Part shown: positions 27,195 through 39,904 of the stretch, piece after piece
How positions within the stretch are numbered: the stretch's first letter is position 1
Layout: each line of letters starts with the position of its first letter
Assembly: GCA_035221665.1 (NCBI GenBank)
Contig: CM069154.1
Coordinates: 5,704,001 to 5,768,000 of the forward strand
From: Okamejei kenojei
Lineage: Eukaryota
Reading direction: 5' to 3'
Length of the DNA stretch: 64,000 nt
Program-made: the position numbers and the translations under genes
Notes under the pieces: model-generated
Seen by the model: the letters and a program-made list of their open reading frames with translations, nothing else
Database searches by the model: none
What the model was told of the DNA's origin: nothing

Positions 27195-30100
27195 GTAAGT
27201 TTTTTCACTTAAAGCTAAGATGGACTGATTCTAGATTAGTATGGGTGCCAGCCGATGGGCCGAACAGCCTAATTCTGCCCCATTAACTTATGGTCATGGA
27301 ACCATAGCGCAGTTATATGTTAACACGAAGATTAGCTCTTGTTGTTTAAATAAGTGATGATACACTGCTGTTCAGCCAAAGGACCAGGAGCCTAGAAAGG
27401 AACAAAATAACTTTACATTTTAGCAAGAGTCAAAATGAACTGTGACAAGAGCATGGGATTTAACAGAGGATATAAGAGACTTTCGGACTGGCACATGCAT
27501 GTAAGAGAAAAAAGATACAAAGTGCTGGAGTAACGCAGCGGGTCAGGCAGCATCTCTAGAGAACATGGATAGGTGATATTTTGGGCCAGACCCCTTCTTC
27601 AGACTAATTGTGGTGGGGGGAGAGGGGTGGGGAGAATGCCCCACCACCTCAATCAGTTTTTAAGACTCGTTGGCAGGGGCAGATAAGGGTTGGTCGTGGC
27701 ATCATGTTCAGCATAGCGATTGTGGGCCAAATGGCCTGTTCCTGTGCTGCACTGTTCTAGATTTTAGTGAAGATGCAGCACAGAAGATTTTTACGGTACA
27801 ATCTTTCCTCGGATGCTGTCTTTGTGGAGTTTCTCCCCGTCACCGTATGGGTTTCTTCCGGATGATCCAGTTTCCTCAGCTTATTCTGAGGCTGTGCCAG
27901 AGTGCACAGCCTCAGAATAACAGGACGTTTAGTTTAGTTTGGAGATACAGCATGGAAACAGGCCCTTCGACCCACCGAGTCCACGTTGACCAGCGATCCC
28001 CGCACATTAGTTCTATCTTAAACACTGGGAACGATTTTTACCGAAGCCAATTAACCAACAAACCTGCACGTCTTTGGAGTGTGGGAGGAAACCGGAGAAC
28101 CCGGAGAAAACCTATGCAGGTCACAGAGAGAACGTACAAATACCGTACAGACTGCACACGTACGCGGGTCTCTGGCGCTGTAAGGCAGCATCTCTACCCC
28201 TGCGCTACTGTCCTGTACCTGTACCTGTTACAAAGGACATACCTGTACAAAGGAGTTGTGGATTCATTTCTTTAGTCAGAGGGTGGTGAATCTGTAGAAT
28301 TAGTTGCTACAGATTGTTGTGGCGGCTAAGTCATTGGGTGTTTTTAAGGCGGAGATTCTCCGATTCTTGGTGAGTAGTACGGGTATCAGGGGTTATGGGG
28401 AGAAGGCAGGAGAATTGGGTTGAGAGGGAGAGATAGATCAGCCATTATCGAATGGTGGGCCAGACGATGAACCGAATGGCCTAAATGTTCTCCTATAACT
28501 TTTGAACATGAGATTATGTCCGGGGGGGGAGGGAGGGGTGGTTATGGGAATATTTTGATGTGATTCTGTAAAATTTCCAGCATTAAATTTCACCCAACAG
28601 GTTCCCTAGCACAGCTTCACCTGATGGTGATAAGAGCTGGAGAGGGAGAAACAGTGACTATAGAATGTCCAAACGCTCAGAAAACAGGACCTGTCAGCTG
28701 GTGCAAAGCCTATTCTCGAAATGAGTGTCAAATAATAGTCAACACTGAGCAAGACGAGAACCGTAGTGGAAGGATATCAATGAGAAGACTCAATGGGTCT
28801 GTTTTTGTAACAAGTCAACTTCACAAGAATGATGCAGGAACATACTGGTGTGGAACAATTCAGACAAATGGAATCCGTGTTTCAGATATTGTCATGCTGG
28901 ATGTATTCACAGGTAAGAGGTTTTCCGAAGATTTTAAGACTGATAATATGCTTCACTGATAATATACACTTGGACTGCTGTGCCATAATGAGCATACTGA
29001 TTGTTATGGAGAGGTGCTGCCCGACCTGCTGAGTTGCTCCAGCACTTTCTACGCAAGATTCCAGCATCTGCAGTTCCTTGTGTCTACCGATTGTTAAGCG
29101 AGTTTAAGTTACAAAGGTGTGTTGGAAGGATGATGGTGTGCACCGAAGATAGACACAAACAGCTGGAGAGGCGGGATAGGCAGCTTCCCGGGAGAAATAG
29201 AATACGAGACATTTTGGGTCAATAGACAATAGACAATAGGTGCAGGCCATTCGGCCCTTCTAGCCAGCACCGCCATTCAATGTGATCATGGCTGATGATC
29301 CCCAATCAGTACCCCGCTCCAGCCTTCTCCCCATAGCCCCTGATTCCGCTTCCTTCAAGAGCCGTATCTAGCTCTCTCTTGAAAGTATCCAGAGAACCGG
29401 CCTCCCCCAACATTGTGAACATGTTTCCTGCCTCTAGCGTGTCCAAGCCCTTAATAAACCTATATGTTTCAATAAGATAGCCTCTCATCCTAAATTCCAG
29501 ACTATACAAGCCCAGTCGCTCCGGGTCAGGGCAATTCCTCAGACTGAAAGTAGGGAGGTGGGGAAGAGCGGTGGAACTGGGGTGGAAGGGGGCAAGGCGG
29601 GAGGGGAGTGTAGTGTTAGTAGAAATTACTTAAAATTAGAGAATTCAACATTCATACTGCCGGGTTGTAAGCGAACCAAGCAAAATATGAAGTGCTGTTC
29701 CTCCAATTTGCGCATGGCCTCACTCTGATAGTGGAGGAAGCCCAGGACAGAAAGGTCAATGTGGGAATGGGAAGGGGAGTTGAAATGGTTGACAAGCGGG
29801 AGATCCTGTAGGCCTTGGTGGACCGAGCGCAAATGTGCGTCGAAACGGTCACCGAGTCTACGTTCGGTCTCACCTCGTTATCTCTCCATCTTCAGCGGCA
29901 CTCCTCCTGCCTGTCGCTTCGCAATGCGTTCGACGATATGTCGCGCATGCTTGCTGGCGGGGTCTTCACGTAGTCACTCACGTGACTCCGAAGTAAAATT
30001 GGCTTCAGTAAAATTATAACTCATCCCTTGTGTGTGTAGGAAAGTGTTAATGTGCGGGGATCGCTGGTCGGTGCAGACTCGGTGGGCTGTATCTTTAAAC

Positions 30101-33100
30101 TAAACTAAGGTTTGTGGATCCTTGGCTCTTCCCGACTAAAGTCAACAGTCAGCATCTCTGATATCTCATACCCTCATTTTGTTTCCATTACAGCAGATTC
30201 ACGGATACTAAACCGTACCACAGTCAAGGGCGTAATGGGCAATGCCACCACTATACATTGCCGGTACAAGGTGCAATTTAAAGCATATGTGAATTTCTTG
30301 TGTAAAGTTGTCTCTGTGAATAGTTGCCGCATCATAGCGACACCTCAACACTACAACAGCAGCAAATTATCAATCAGTGAGAGCAAATTCAACAACTTTG
30401 CTATCACGATCAGGAACACTGATGAAGGAGATGTGGGGGAATATTGGTGTGGGGCCAGGACACCAGTCGACTTTGAGATCTCACAAGTTAAAACCGTGAT
30501 GTTTAAAGGTATCAATCAACATAAAATTTCTGTGACTCAACATTTACGTAGATATTCAGCATGCAAACAGTCTTTACTGATATTATATTCCATGTATCTC
30601 TCTCCATTCTCGTAAGTTGTTGGAGTAGAATTAGGCCATTCGGCCCATCAAGTCTACTCCGCCATTCAATCATGGCCGATCTCTCTTTCCCTCTCAACCC
30701 CATTCTCCTGCCTTCTCCCCATAACCCCTTACACACGTACAAATCAAGAATGTATCAATCTCTGCCTTAAAAATATCCATTGACTTGGCCTGCACAGCCG
30801 CCTAATTCTTCTCATCTCCCCCAACCTCGTATCTTCAAAGCTTTCCCTAAACCGTGTCCTGATATTCGCCTGAGTTTTACCTTCTTACTAATCTCTGATT
30901 GTGGGATTTATCACTAAATATTTCACTCATGTTTATTACTCTTAGACAGACTTTCTGAACCTCTTTTTAATATACATATTAATTGAATTGAAAGAGGCAA
31001 CAGGGAAGCAGGCTCTTCAGCCCATCTAGTCCATGCCAACCATCCATCATCCATTCACACTAGATTTATGTTATCCCATTTTTGCATCTACTCCTTACAG
31101 ACTGAAGGGCAATTTGCAGCATCTGCAGTTCTTTAAGTTATGTTGTGTTGTAATTGATATGAATTGGTATAATATGTTTATTTTAACAACCTACCTCAGG
31201 AACGATAACAAAACCAGAGGTACCAAGCAACAAAGCAAGGTAAGATTTCTGCAGTCATCCTCAATCTAATAATTATTTACTGATTGTTGTTGGTATTGGT
31301 TCAATACGTCATGTTTAGTTTAGTTTAGTTTAGAGATAGAACGCCGAGACAGGTCCTTCGACCCACCGAATCCACACTAACCAGCGATCCCCGCACACTA
31401 CAGTATCCTACAGATACCAGGGACAATTTACATTTATACCAAGCCAAGACATTTATGCACCTCTTTGGAGTGTGGGAGGAAACTGAAGATCACGGGGAGA
31501 ACGCACAAACTCCGTACAGACCGCTCGCGTGGTCAGGATTGATCCCGGATCTCTGGCGCTGCGCCATTGTGCCACACCGTCTCTTATTCTAAACCAGCAT
31601 CTGCAGTTCCTTGCATCTTGCTTCCAGTTTCATCCACATTCTAGTTTGTCAACATAAAGAACTGCAGAAGTTGGTTAATACATGAAAGGGATACAAAGTG
31701 CTGGAGTAACTCAACGCGTCAGGCAGCATCACTGGAGAATATGGATGGGTGACATTTCAGGTCAAAACACTTCTTCAGATTCACGTTTCGGGTCGACACC
31801 CTTCTTTGATCCGAAGAATGGTCCCAACCTGAAACATCACCTGTTCCCATTCTCCAGGGATGCTGCCCGACCTGCTGAGCCACTCCAGCACTTTGTGTCC
31901 TTCCTCATTCTAGTTCAATTTAGTGTTGGAGATATTTTTCCTTGTCTCATTGAATGTTTCTCAATCATGTTTTAATAGCGGCACCCCACAGATATGGCAC
32001 ATTATACTTCCACTTTTGTTGGGACTATTGATTGTAATCCCGATAGTTCTAATTGTAAAGAAGAGGAAACAGTCAGAAACTATCCCTCAAAAAAGTAAGT
32101 AGCCAACAAAATATTTCTTCTGCAGTTAAAATGATAATAGAACAGTAACTGCGTATGGATTTATTATTGTCGTACAGTGAAAAAACGTTGTTTTGCATGC
32201 CACCCAGTCAAATCCTACTGGGCACCAGTATGTGTAGAAAGGAACTGCAGATGCTGGTTTAAACCGAAGAAAGGCTCAAAAAGCTGGAGTAACTCAACGG
32301 GACAGGCAGCATCTCTGGAGAGAAGGATGGGTGATGTTCTGAGTCAGATGTTTCAACCCATCTGAAAAGGTCTTGATCCAAAACATCATCCATTCCTTCT
32401 CTCCAGAGATGCTGCCTGTCCCACTGAGTTACTCCAGCATTTTGTGCCTATCTTCTGTACACGAGTACATCAGGTTATGCATGAAAGAATATGGTGTTAC
32501 AGCGTCAGGGAAAATGCCAATAAAAATGTTGAAGGACTGCAAAGAGGCATAAATTGCAATAAACGTCCGTAAATTATCCCTAATTTGAGGATTAGTTTAG
32601 ATTAGGGATACAGCGTGGAAACAGGGCCTTCGGCCCACTGGGTCTGCACCAACAAGTGATCCACTTACACTGGCACTATCCTACACACAATAGACAATAG
32701 ACAATAGGGGCAGGAGTAGGCCATTTGGCCCTTCGAGCCAGCACCACCATTCAATGTGATCATGGCTGCTCATCCCCAATCAGTACCCCATTCCTGCCTT
32801 CTCCCCATATCCCCTGACTGCTATTTTTAAGAGTCCTATCTAGCTCTCTCTTGAAAGCATCCAGAGCACCTGCCTCCACCGCCCTCGGAGGCAGAGAATT
32901 CCACAGACTCACCACTCTCTGTGAGAAAATGTGTTTCCTCGCCTTCCTTCTAAATGGCTTACTCATTCTTAAACTGTGGCCACTGGTTCTGGACTCCCCC
33001 AACATCGGGAACATGTTTCCTGCCTCTAGCGTGTCCAAGCCCTTAACAATCTTATCTGTTTCAATGAGGTATCCTCTCATCCTTCTAAACTCCAGAGTAT

Positions 33101-36100
33101 ACAAGCCCAGCTGCTCCATTCTCTCAGCATATGACAGTCGCATCATCCCGGGAATTAACCTTGTAAACCTACGCTGCACCCCCTCAATAGCAAGACTGTC
33201 CTTCCACAAATTTGGGGACCAAAACTGCACACAATACTCCAGGTGTGGTCTCACTAGGGCTCTGTACAACTGCAGAAGGACCTCTTTGCTCCTATATTTG
33301 ATTCTTCATGTTATAAAGGCCAACATGCCATTCGCTTTCTTCACTGCCTGCTGTACCTGCATGCTTACTTTCATTGACTGATGTACAAGGACCCCCAAAT
33401 CCCGTTGTACTTCTCCTTTTCCCAACTTTACACCATTTAGATAGTAACCTGCCTTCTGTTTTTGCTACCAAAGTGGACAACCTCACATTTATCCGCATTA
33501 AACTTCATCTGCCATGCACCTGTCCCATCCCCCAACCTGTCCGTCACCCTGCATTCTCATAGCATCCTCCTCACTGTTCACACTGCCACCCAGCTTTGTG
33601 TCATCTGCAAATTTGCAAATGTTACTTTGAATACTTAATCCAAATCATTGATGTATATTGTAAACACCTGCTGTTTTTGTTCCACTGACATCCCTGCTAG
33701 TGTATCTTTCCAGTCACCTTTGGCCAGCTCCTCCCTCATGGCCCCATAGTCCCCCTTTTTCAACTGCAACACTGACACCTCTGATCTACTCTTCTCCCTC
33801 TCCAAGTCCACACACTAGGGTATATCGGGAGAAGGCAGGAACGGGGTACTGATTGGGGATGATTAGCCATGACCACATTAAATGGCGGTGCTGGCTCGAA
33901 CGGCCGAATGGCCTACTCCTGCACCTATTGTCCAATGTCTATTGTCTATTGATACAAACAGTGAAACTCAGCAGGACGACAGTGAAACTCGTGCGATGAC
34001 CAGATTGGGGGAGAGACGTGCCTTTCAATAATTTATTCTATGTACCTTTTCATATCTCTCGTTTCCATCTCCCCTGACTCTCAGTCTGAAGAGTCAGGTT
34101 TCAGTGGTGGGTCTTGAACCCACAACCACGAGCGTCTCCTCAGTGTATGACAGTGAAAAGGAAGTGGTACTCGGTTGCTAAGACCGGAAAGTAACATGTG
34201 GTTGCAGCTTCTGGTAAAGTGCTTGGTTGGTTTGTGGGAGGGGGGAGGGGGGAGCATGAGTGGGGAAGAGAGTGGGGAACTGAGATGTGTGCTGCGGTTG
34301 ACACCTCATCACAAGCGGAACAAACCTGCTTCCAACCACCTCCATCAAGACGTCTACCATCTCCGTGTTCCCCAGAGCTACAGTATTTATTTTTAAGAGA
34401 AACAGTGTGCAAACAGGGCCCTGGCCCACCGTGTCCACACCGACCAACACTCACCCATACACTAGTTCTATTCTACACATTCGGGACAATTTACAGAAGC
34501 CAATTCACTGACAAACCTGCACGACTTTGTAACGTGGGAGGAATAGATACAGCATGGAAACAGGCCCTTGGGCCCATTGAATCCGCGCCAACCGGCCCTC
34601 ACCCCGGTACACGAGCACAACCCTACACACCAGGGACAATTTACAATATTACAGGAGCCAATTAACCTACAAACGTGTACATCTTTGGAGTGTGGGTGGA
34701 AACCGGAGCACCCGTAGAAAATCCACATGGTTACAGGGAGAAGGTACAAACTCCACAGAGACACCACCCGTAGTCAGGATGGAACTCGGGCTTCTGGCAC
34801 TGTGAGGCAGCAACTCTACCATAGCGTTATGGCCAGCACTGCGGGGCAACATTTAAAGGAGACGGGCGGGGCAAGTGCGGGGAGAGTCGGAGACTCCTGG
34901 AATGTGCTGCCAGGGGTGGTGGTGGAGGCTGATACGATAGCGGCATTTACGAAGCTTTTAGACAGGCACATGGATATGCAGGGAATGGAGGGATGTGGGT
35001 CACTTGAAGGCAGAGGGGGTTAGTTTAACCTGGCACCATGTCGGGTGTAGACAATGTGGGCCGAAGGGCCCGTTTCCTGTACTGTACTGTTCAATGTTTT
35101 CTGCTACTCGGGGAAATATGAGAACTATTGTTATTCTAAATTACATGCTGTTACCTTCTTTGCAGATGATTGCAAAAACTCAGAAACTCCCACCACAGCC
35201 AAGGTAAGAATGTAGAGCTGTATGAAACCACTCTGTATTATTTGTCTTTTCAAATTCCTAACAAGATACATCTCTTCTTTACACATGTTGATCAGTAGAG
35301 GCTGATTTACAGAACAAGAACAAGAGTGCTGGAGTAGCTCAACCGGTCAGGCAGCATTTCTGGACAACATGGATAGGTGACATTTCAGGTCGGGACCTTT
35401 GAGTCTGAAGCAGGGTCCTGACTGATTCATATTCTCCAGAGATGCTGCCTGACCCGCTGAGTTAATCCAGCACTTTGTGTCCTTTCCTTCAACAAATTAC
35501 AACGCAATACTGCCCTTTGATTCGGTTTCTCTCTCCACGTTTGCTGCCTGACCTGTTGAGCTTTTCCTGCAGTTAGTTTATTTGTTCAAAGACACACCGC
35601 GGAAACAGGTCCTTCGGCCCACCGAGCCCGTGCTGACCACGAATTCCCGCACATTAACACGGCCCTACACACACCAGGGACAATTTTATATTTATACCAA
35701 ACCAATTAACATACAAACCTGTACGTCTTTGGAGTGTGGGAGGAAACTGAAGATCTCAGAGAAAACCCACGCAGCTCACCGGGAGAACCTACAAACTCCG
35801 TACAGACAGCACCCGTAGTCGAGATTGAACCTGGGTCTCTGGCGCTGTGAGGCAGCAACTCTACCGCTGCGCCACCCTTATTCTCAGATTTCCACAGTAT
35901 TTTCTTTTGGCCTTAAATATCTAACTGAATTTTTTTGTTTCAGTCTGAAGGAGAAACTGAAGATACGATTGCATATTCAACCGTGACCATTCAGTCGTCA
36001 GCTCAGACCGAAGCAAGCCCTGCAATTTATTCCAATCTTAAGGATCTAAAAGAACAAAATGAAGACGTCAAGATCCATTCGTCAGAATCAGTGGAATATT

Positions 36101-36123
36101 CTGCTCTGGTGTTCCATTCTTAG
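27158..36123 (+). CDS. Gene B: intact two-IgV CD300/PIGR-like (MDIR-like) inhibitory receptor, ~345 aa; exons 27158-27194, 28601-28912, 30194(30197)-30508, 31200-31239, 31979-32094, 35166-35203, 35944-36123
   Basis: Seven GT-AG exons with intron phases 1,1,1,2,1,0 join into one open frame: leader, two 4-Cys IgV domains, short stalk, uncharged TM, and a tail with IAYSTV, IYSNL and VEYSAL. Confidence 0.92.
28601..28912 (+). CDS. Gene B IgV domain 1
   Basis: AGEGETVTIEC...SWCKAYSRNECQIIV...GRISM...NDAGTYWCG; has the extra C-C' cysteine pair typical of CD300/PIGR/TREM domains. Confidence 0.93.
29620..29875 (-). mobile_element. Penelope-like element, C-terminal GIY-YIG region fragment
   Basis: HLRSV...VNHFNSPSHSHIDLSVLG...RKLEEQHFIF...QPGSMNVEF, a typical PLE ORF end. 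Confidence 0.75.
29880..29998 (-). mobile_element. Isolated left terminus of a DIRS1-like element
   Basis: Reverse complement begins TTTTACTTCGGAGTCACGTGAGTGACTACGTGAAGA, the same as the DIRS start at 54865. Confidence 0.8.
30194..30508 (+). CDS. Gene B IgV domain 2
   Basis: GVMGNATTIHCRY...FLCKVVSVNSCRII...DEGDVGEYWCG; CAGCAG tandem acceptor; phase 1 to 1. Confidence 0.92.
31200..31239 (+). CDS. Gene B short stalk exon
   Basis: (G)TITKPEVPSNKA; CTCAG| and |GTAAGA, phase 1 to 2. Confidence 0.78.
31979..32094 (+). CDS. Gene B transmembrane exon
   Basis: GTPQIWHIILPLLLGLLIVIPIVLIVKKRKQSETIPQK; |GTAAGT donor, phase 2 to 1. Confidence 0.9.
32688..33790 (-). mobile_element. CR1 LINE 3' portion
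   Basis: YRALVRPHLEYCVQFWSP ORF; (CAATAGA)n tail. Confidence 0.9.
35166..35203 (+). CDS. Gene B cytoplasmic exon 1
   Basis: (N)DCKNSETPTTAK; TTTGCAG| and |GTAAGA, phase 1 to 0. Confidence 0.8.
35944..36123 (+). CDS. Gene B terminal exon with two ITIMs
   Basis: SEGETEDTIAYSTVTIQSSAQTEASPAIYSNLKDLKEQNEDVKIHSSESVEYSALVFHS*. Confidence 0.9.
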   Translation, partial: SEGETEDTIAYSTVTIQSSAQTEASPAIYSNLKDLKEQNEDVKIHSSESVEYSALVFHS

Positions 36124-37534
36124 TGTAATTGCTCCAGCTTCCATAAACATCCCAAGTTAACGCCATTCTCGTAAACATGTACATTTGTAAAATGGAAACA
36201 GGCCCTTTGACCCATCGAGTCCACGTCAGCCACCGATCACCCATTCACATTTCAACATAGTTCTTAAGAAATTACTTACAAGCAAAAATAAGTCTGTCCA
36301 AGATCTTGAGATCACTGAAGTTTGCCTGGATTATAATCTTTGCTTGGCTTTCTAGTTTTAGATATAGTGTGGAAACAGGTCCTTCAGCCCACCAAATCCA
36401 CACCGAGCATGGATCATCTTTGGACACTTGTTCTATGCTACACACTCGGGACAATTTTTACACAGAGACCAAACCCGCACGTCTTTGGAGTGTGGGACGG
36501 AAACCCGAGCACCCGGAGAAAAAACCCACATGAAACCAATTGCCTCATGGATAACTCACTTCCAGCTTTAAATCTCAGGCATAATTTTGGCAAACGAGAG
36601 TATTTACCAAAACAGAAAGTGTTTTTTACTATATTACAGTATACAGCGATATAACTCATGGCTCTAAAATGCTGGAGAAAAGAAGATACAAAGAAAATAA
36701 TGACGACTGTTGTGTGTGACGTAGGGAGAACATGCAAACTCCGATCAGACAGTACCCACCATCAGAACCGAACCCGGTTGATTGAATGGCGGAGTAGACT
36801 TGATGGGCCGAATGGTCTAATTCTTCTCCGAGAACTTATGAACTATTCTACTTGAGGGGAAAATGAGGAAGGAAACAAAGTTTTTCCCCACTGTATCTCA
36901 GTACACGTGATCATAAACCAAGACATCTCCACTACGCTTGACTCATACACACTATTGCAGCACTCCTGGTCTACAGGAAAGGCTTAGAAATAATCCTTCC
37001 TCGTGTTTCTCTCATGCAAGAATGGCAGCCAAGCACACACTTGGTCATCCCTATTTGTCACGTGGTCTGACACCATAATATAATATCAGGAGCAGCAGGA
37101 AGGAATCAAAGTTCAATCACATGACTAAACAAGACAGATTTCCACAATGATCAAAGCGATCTCTGCAATACAAAAGGTTGTAATTAAGAGGTATGGAGAG
37201 GCTACAAATGTTGTGTCCATCCAGCCTGACGATAATCCATCAAGCAGACAAAACAGAGTGCTCACGTCTCAAGAGTGCGAGAATCCTAGAGAACAGAAAC
37301 AGGCCTTTCAACCCAACTTGCCCATGATGCCCCATCGAAGCGAGTCCAATTTGCCTGTGTTTGGTCCATTTCCCTCTAAACCTGCCCTGTCCATGTACCT
37401 GTCCAAGTGTCTTTTAAATTATGTTTTAGTAACTGCCTCAACTACCTCCTCTGGCAACTCGTTCGATGTAACCCACTTGAGTGAAAAAGTTGCCACTCTG
37501 GTACCATTTAAACGTTTCACCTCTCACTTTAAAC

Positions 37535-37916
37535 CAGGGGTTCCCAACCTTTTTCGTCCCGTTTACCCCTGGCAACTTTCTTCTTCTTGCATATGGCGCG
37601 CACATCCTAAAGATGTAGGACAACTTGTTCTATTTGGTCTTATTTGATTGTACACGCTAGTTGATTGCATTGGTTGAAACAGGGCGGGCCACGTGAAGGT
37701 TGCAATCTCCCACCCTGCCTGGCAACTTTAATAGCACAGACCACAGTTATTTCACTTATTTATGAAGAACTAATGATGAACAGATACCGGTATACCAGAA
37801 GCAAACACAGTTAGGCAATGAGAATAAGTTTGACAAGAATAACAATGAGAATAAATCTAGAATCAACAAATTTAACCCCTGGGTAGGCGAAATGTACCCC
37901 AGGTTGGGAACCCTTG
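37535..37916. mobile_element. hAT-type MITE with a nested short retroposon (37580-37717)
   Basis: TIRs CAGGGGTTCCCAACCT / AGGTTGGGAACCCTTG; imperfect 8-bp TSD CTTTAAAC/CCTTGAAC; inner insert flanked by a duplicated CCTGGCAACTTT. Confidence 0.75.
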
Positions 37917-39149
37917 CCTTGAACCCATGCCCGCTGGATCTTGATTCCTCTACTCGGAGCAAAAGACTCCGTGTATTCATCCCATTAATTCCGCTCATGT
38001 TTTTAAATACCTCCATAAAATCACCCCTTAACCACCTGTGTGTTTAATTGTCATATGTACCAGCAAAGCAACAAATAAATTGTTCGAGAACTCTTAGAAA
38101 AAAAGACTATTGTGGTTAATGTGCTAATTTTTTTTTTCCAACTTTCCTTTTTACCAGACCTTCATCGAAGGTTAACCAACCTCCTTTCATCCATCATTTC
38201 CAATTAACCATCTGAGTTCTCTGCTCTTCTGCTATTAATGTTCACTCTGATTCTACAGAATAGGTGCAGGTGTCAGAGGTTATGGAGAGAAGGCAGGAGA
38301 ATGGGGTTAGGAAGGAGAGATAGATCATCCATGATTGAATGGCGGAGTAGACTTGATGGGCCTAAAGGCCTAATTCTACTCCTTGCACTTATGACCTTAT
38401 GAATATTTTTTTAAATTGACGTGTCATTTGGTTTGGAATTTGCGGAACTTTTGAAGTTCCTGAAAAATGAACTTCCCAAAACATTTTTGAGAAGTCCCAA
38501 AAAAATGGTCTTTAATTTGATTTGAAGAAATTGGTTGATGGACCACAGCGTCACCAAGTTCCCCATCAAGTCACACATCCTGACTTGAATGATAAATGAG
38601 TGGTGGAGTCCGATACAGTTACAGGAAACACCTTGTTTCTACAGAACTCTTTATAGAAACATTGAAAATAGGTGGAGTAGGCCATTTGGCCCTTCGATCC
38701 AGCACCACCATTCAATATGATCATGGCTGATCATCCAGAATCAGTTCCCGTTCCTGCTTTCTCCCCATATCCCTTGATTCTGTTAGCCCTAAGAATATCT
38801 AACTCTCTCTTGAATACATCTAATGAATTGGCCTCCACTGCCTTCTGTGGCAGAGAATTCCACAGATTCACAACTCACTGGGTGAAACAGTCTTTCCCCA
38901 TCTCAGTCCTAAATGGTCTACCTCTTATTCTTAAACTGTGACCCCCGGTTCTGGACTCCCCCAACACGGGGAAACATTTTTCCTGTATCTAGCCTGTTCA
39001 ATCCCTTAGGAATTTTATGTGTTTCTATGAGATCCCCTCTCTTTATATCGCACCGATTATAGCGGAGAGACTGACCGAACTTCACTGCCAGGCCGGGCTG
39101 CCGACGCCACCCCGTGCCACTTCCTCGCCCTTGGACCTTCGCTTAGTTT

Positions 39150-39443
39150 TTAGGTTAGTTTAGAGGTACAGCACGGAAACAGGCCCTTTGGCCCACCGAG
39201 TCCGCACCGACCAGCGATCCCCGCACACTAACACTATCCTACACACACATTATTCATGATTTACATTTTTCCCCAGCCAATTAGCCAACAAACTTGTACG
39301 TCTTAGGAGTGTGGGAGGAAACCGAAGCGGGTCACGGGGAGAAGGTGTAAACTCCGTACAGACAGCACCCCGTAGTCAGGATCGAACCCGGGTCTCTGGC
39401 GCTGTAGCTGTAAGGCAGCGACTCTACCGCTGCGCCACCGTGC
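39150..39443 (-). mobile_element. HE1-type V-SINE
   Basis: Full head-to-tail match to the other copies. Confidence 0.85.
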
Positions 39444-39904
39444 TTTAATGTTTCAGCTGAAAAAAGGAGCCTCTGTCAGTGCAATCCCTGCTCAGCCTAA
39501 ATGTTATTGTTGGGTCTCTACACATGAAACGCCACATAGCACACTCTGTTGTAGCAGACAATCAGCTATAACGGACACAACTCTCCCCGTTACAACAAAG
39601 GTTTACTGTATTATGTTTAGACCCTTAAGTATGCAAAGCACTGACGGAAATGGACCTACTGCAGGCAAACTAGATCAGAGTACAAGGTTTCGCTTGGAGG
39701 TGACAGATCGAAGGGCCCCATTTCAGAGTTGTGCAAGTTGTTTCATGTGTGGCGTCTAGCAGAGATGGGGAAACATTATCCATGCAGTTGGCACAGTGAC
39801 TGGCATAAGCCAGTTAATCCCACACCAAGATAAATCAGAGGGAAAGCAAAGGTGAGCTTGTTATTGTTATTTGGGACAGGGCTCTTAAATATCATTGAGG
39901 ACTT

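Noticed and set aside
27670-28275. 201-aa ORF in gene B intron 1
   Set aside because: Made of SINE and LINE-tail fragments; the same peptides recur throughout the window.
27158-36123. Calling gene B a true PIGR or a specific CD300 ortholog
   Set aside because: The ITIM tail and divergent domains do not allow an orthology call without phylogeny and synteny, so no symbol is given.
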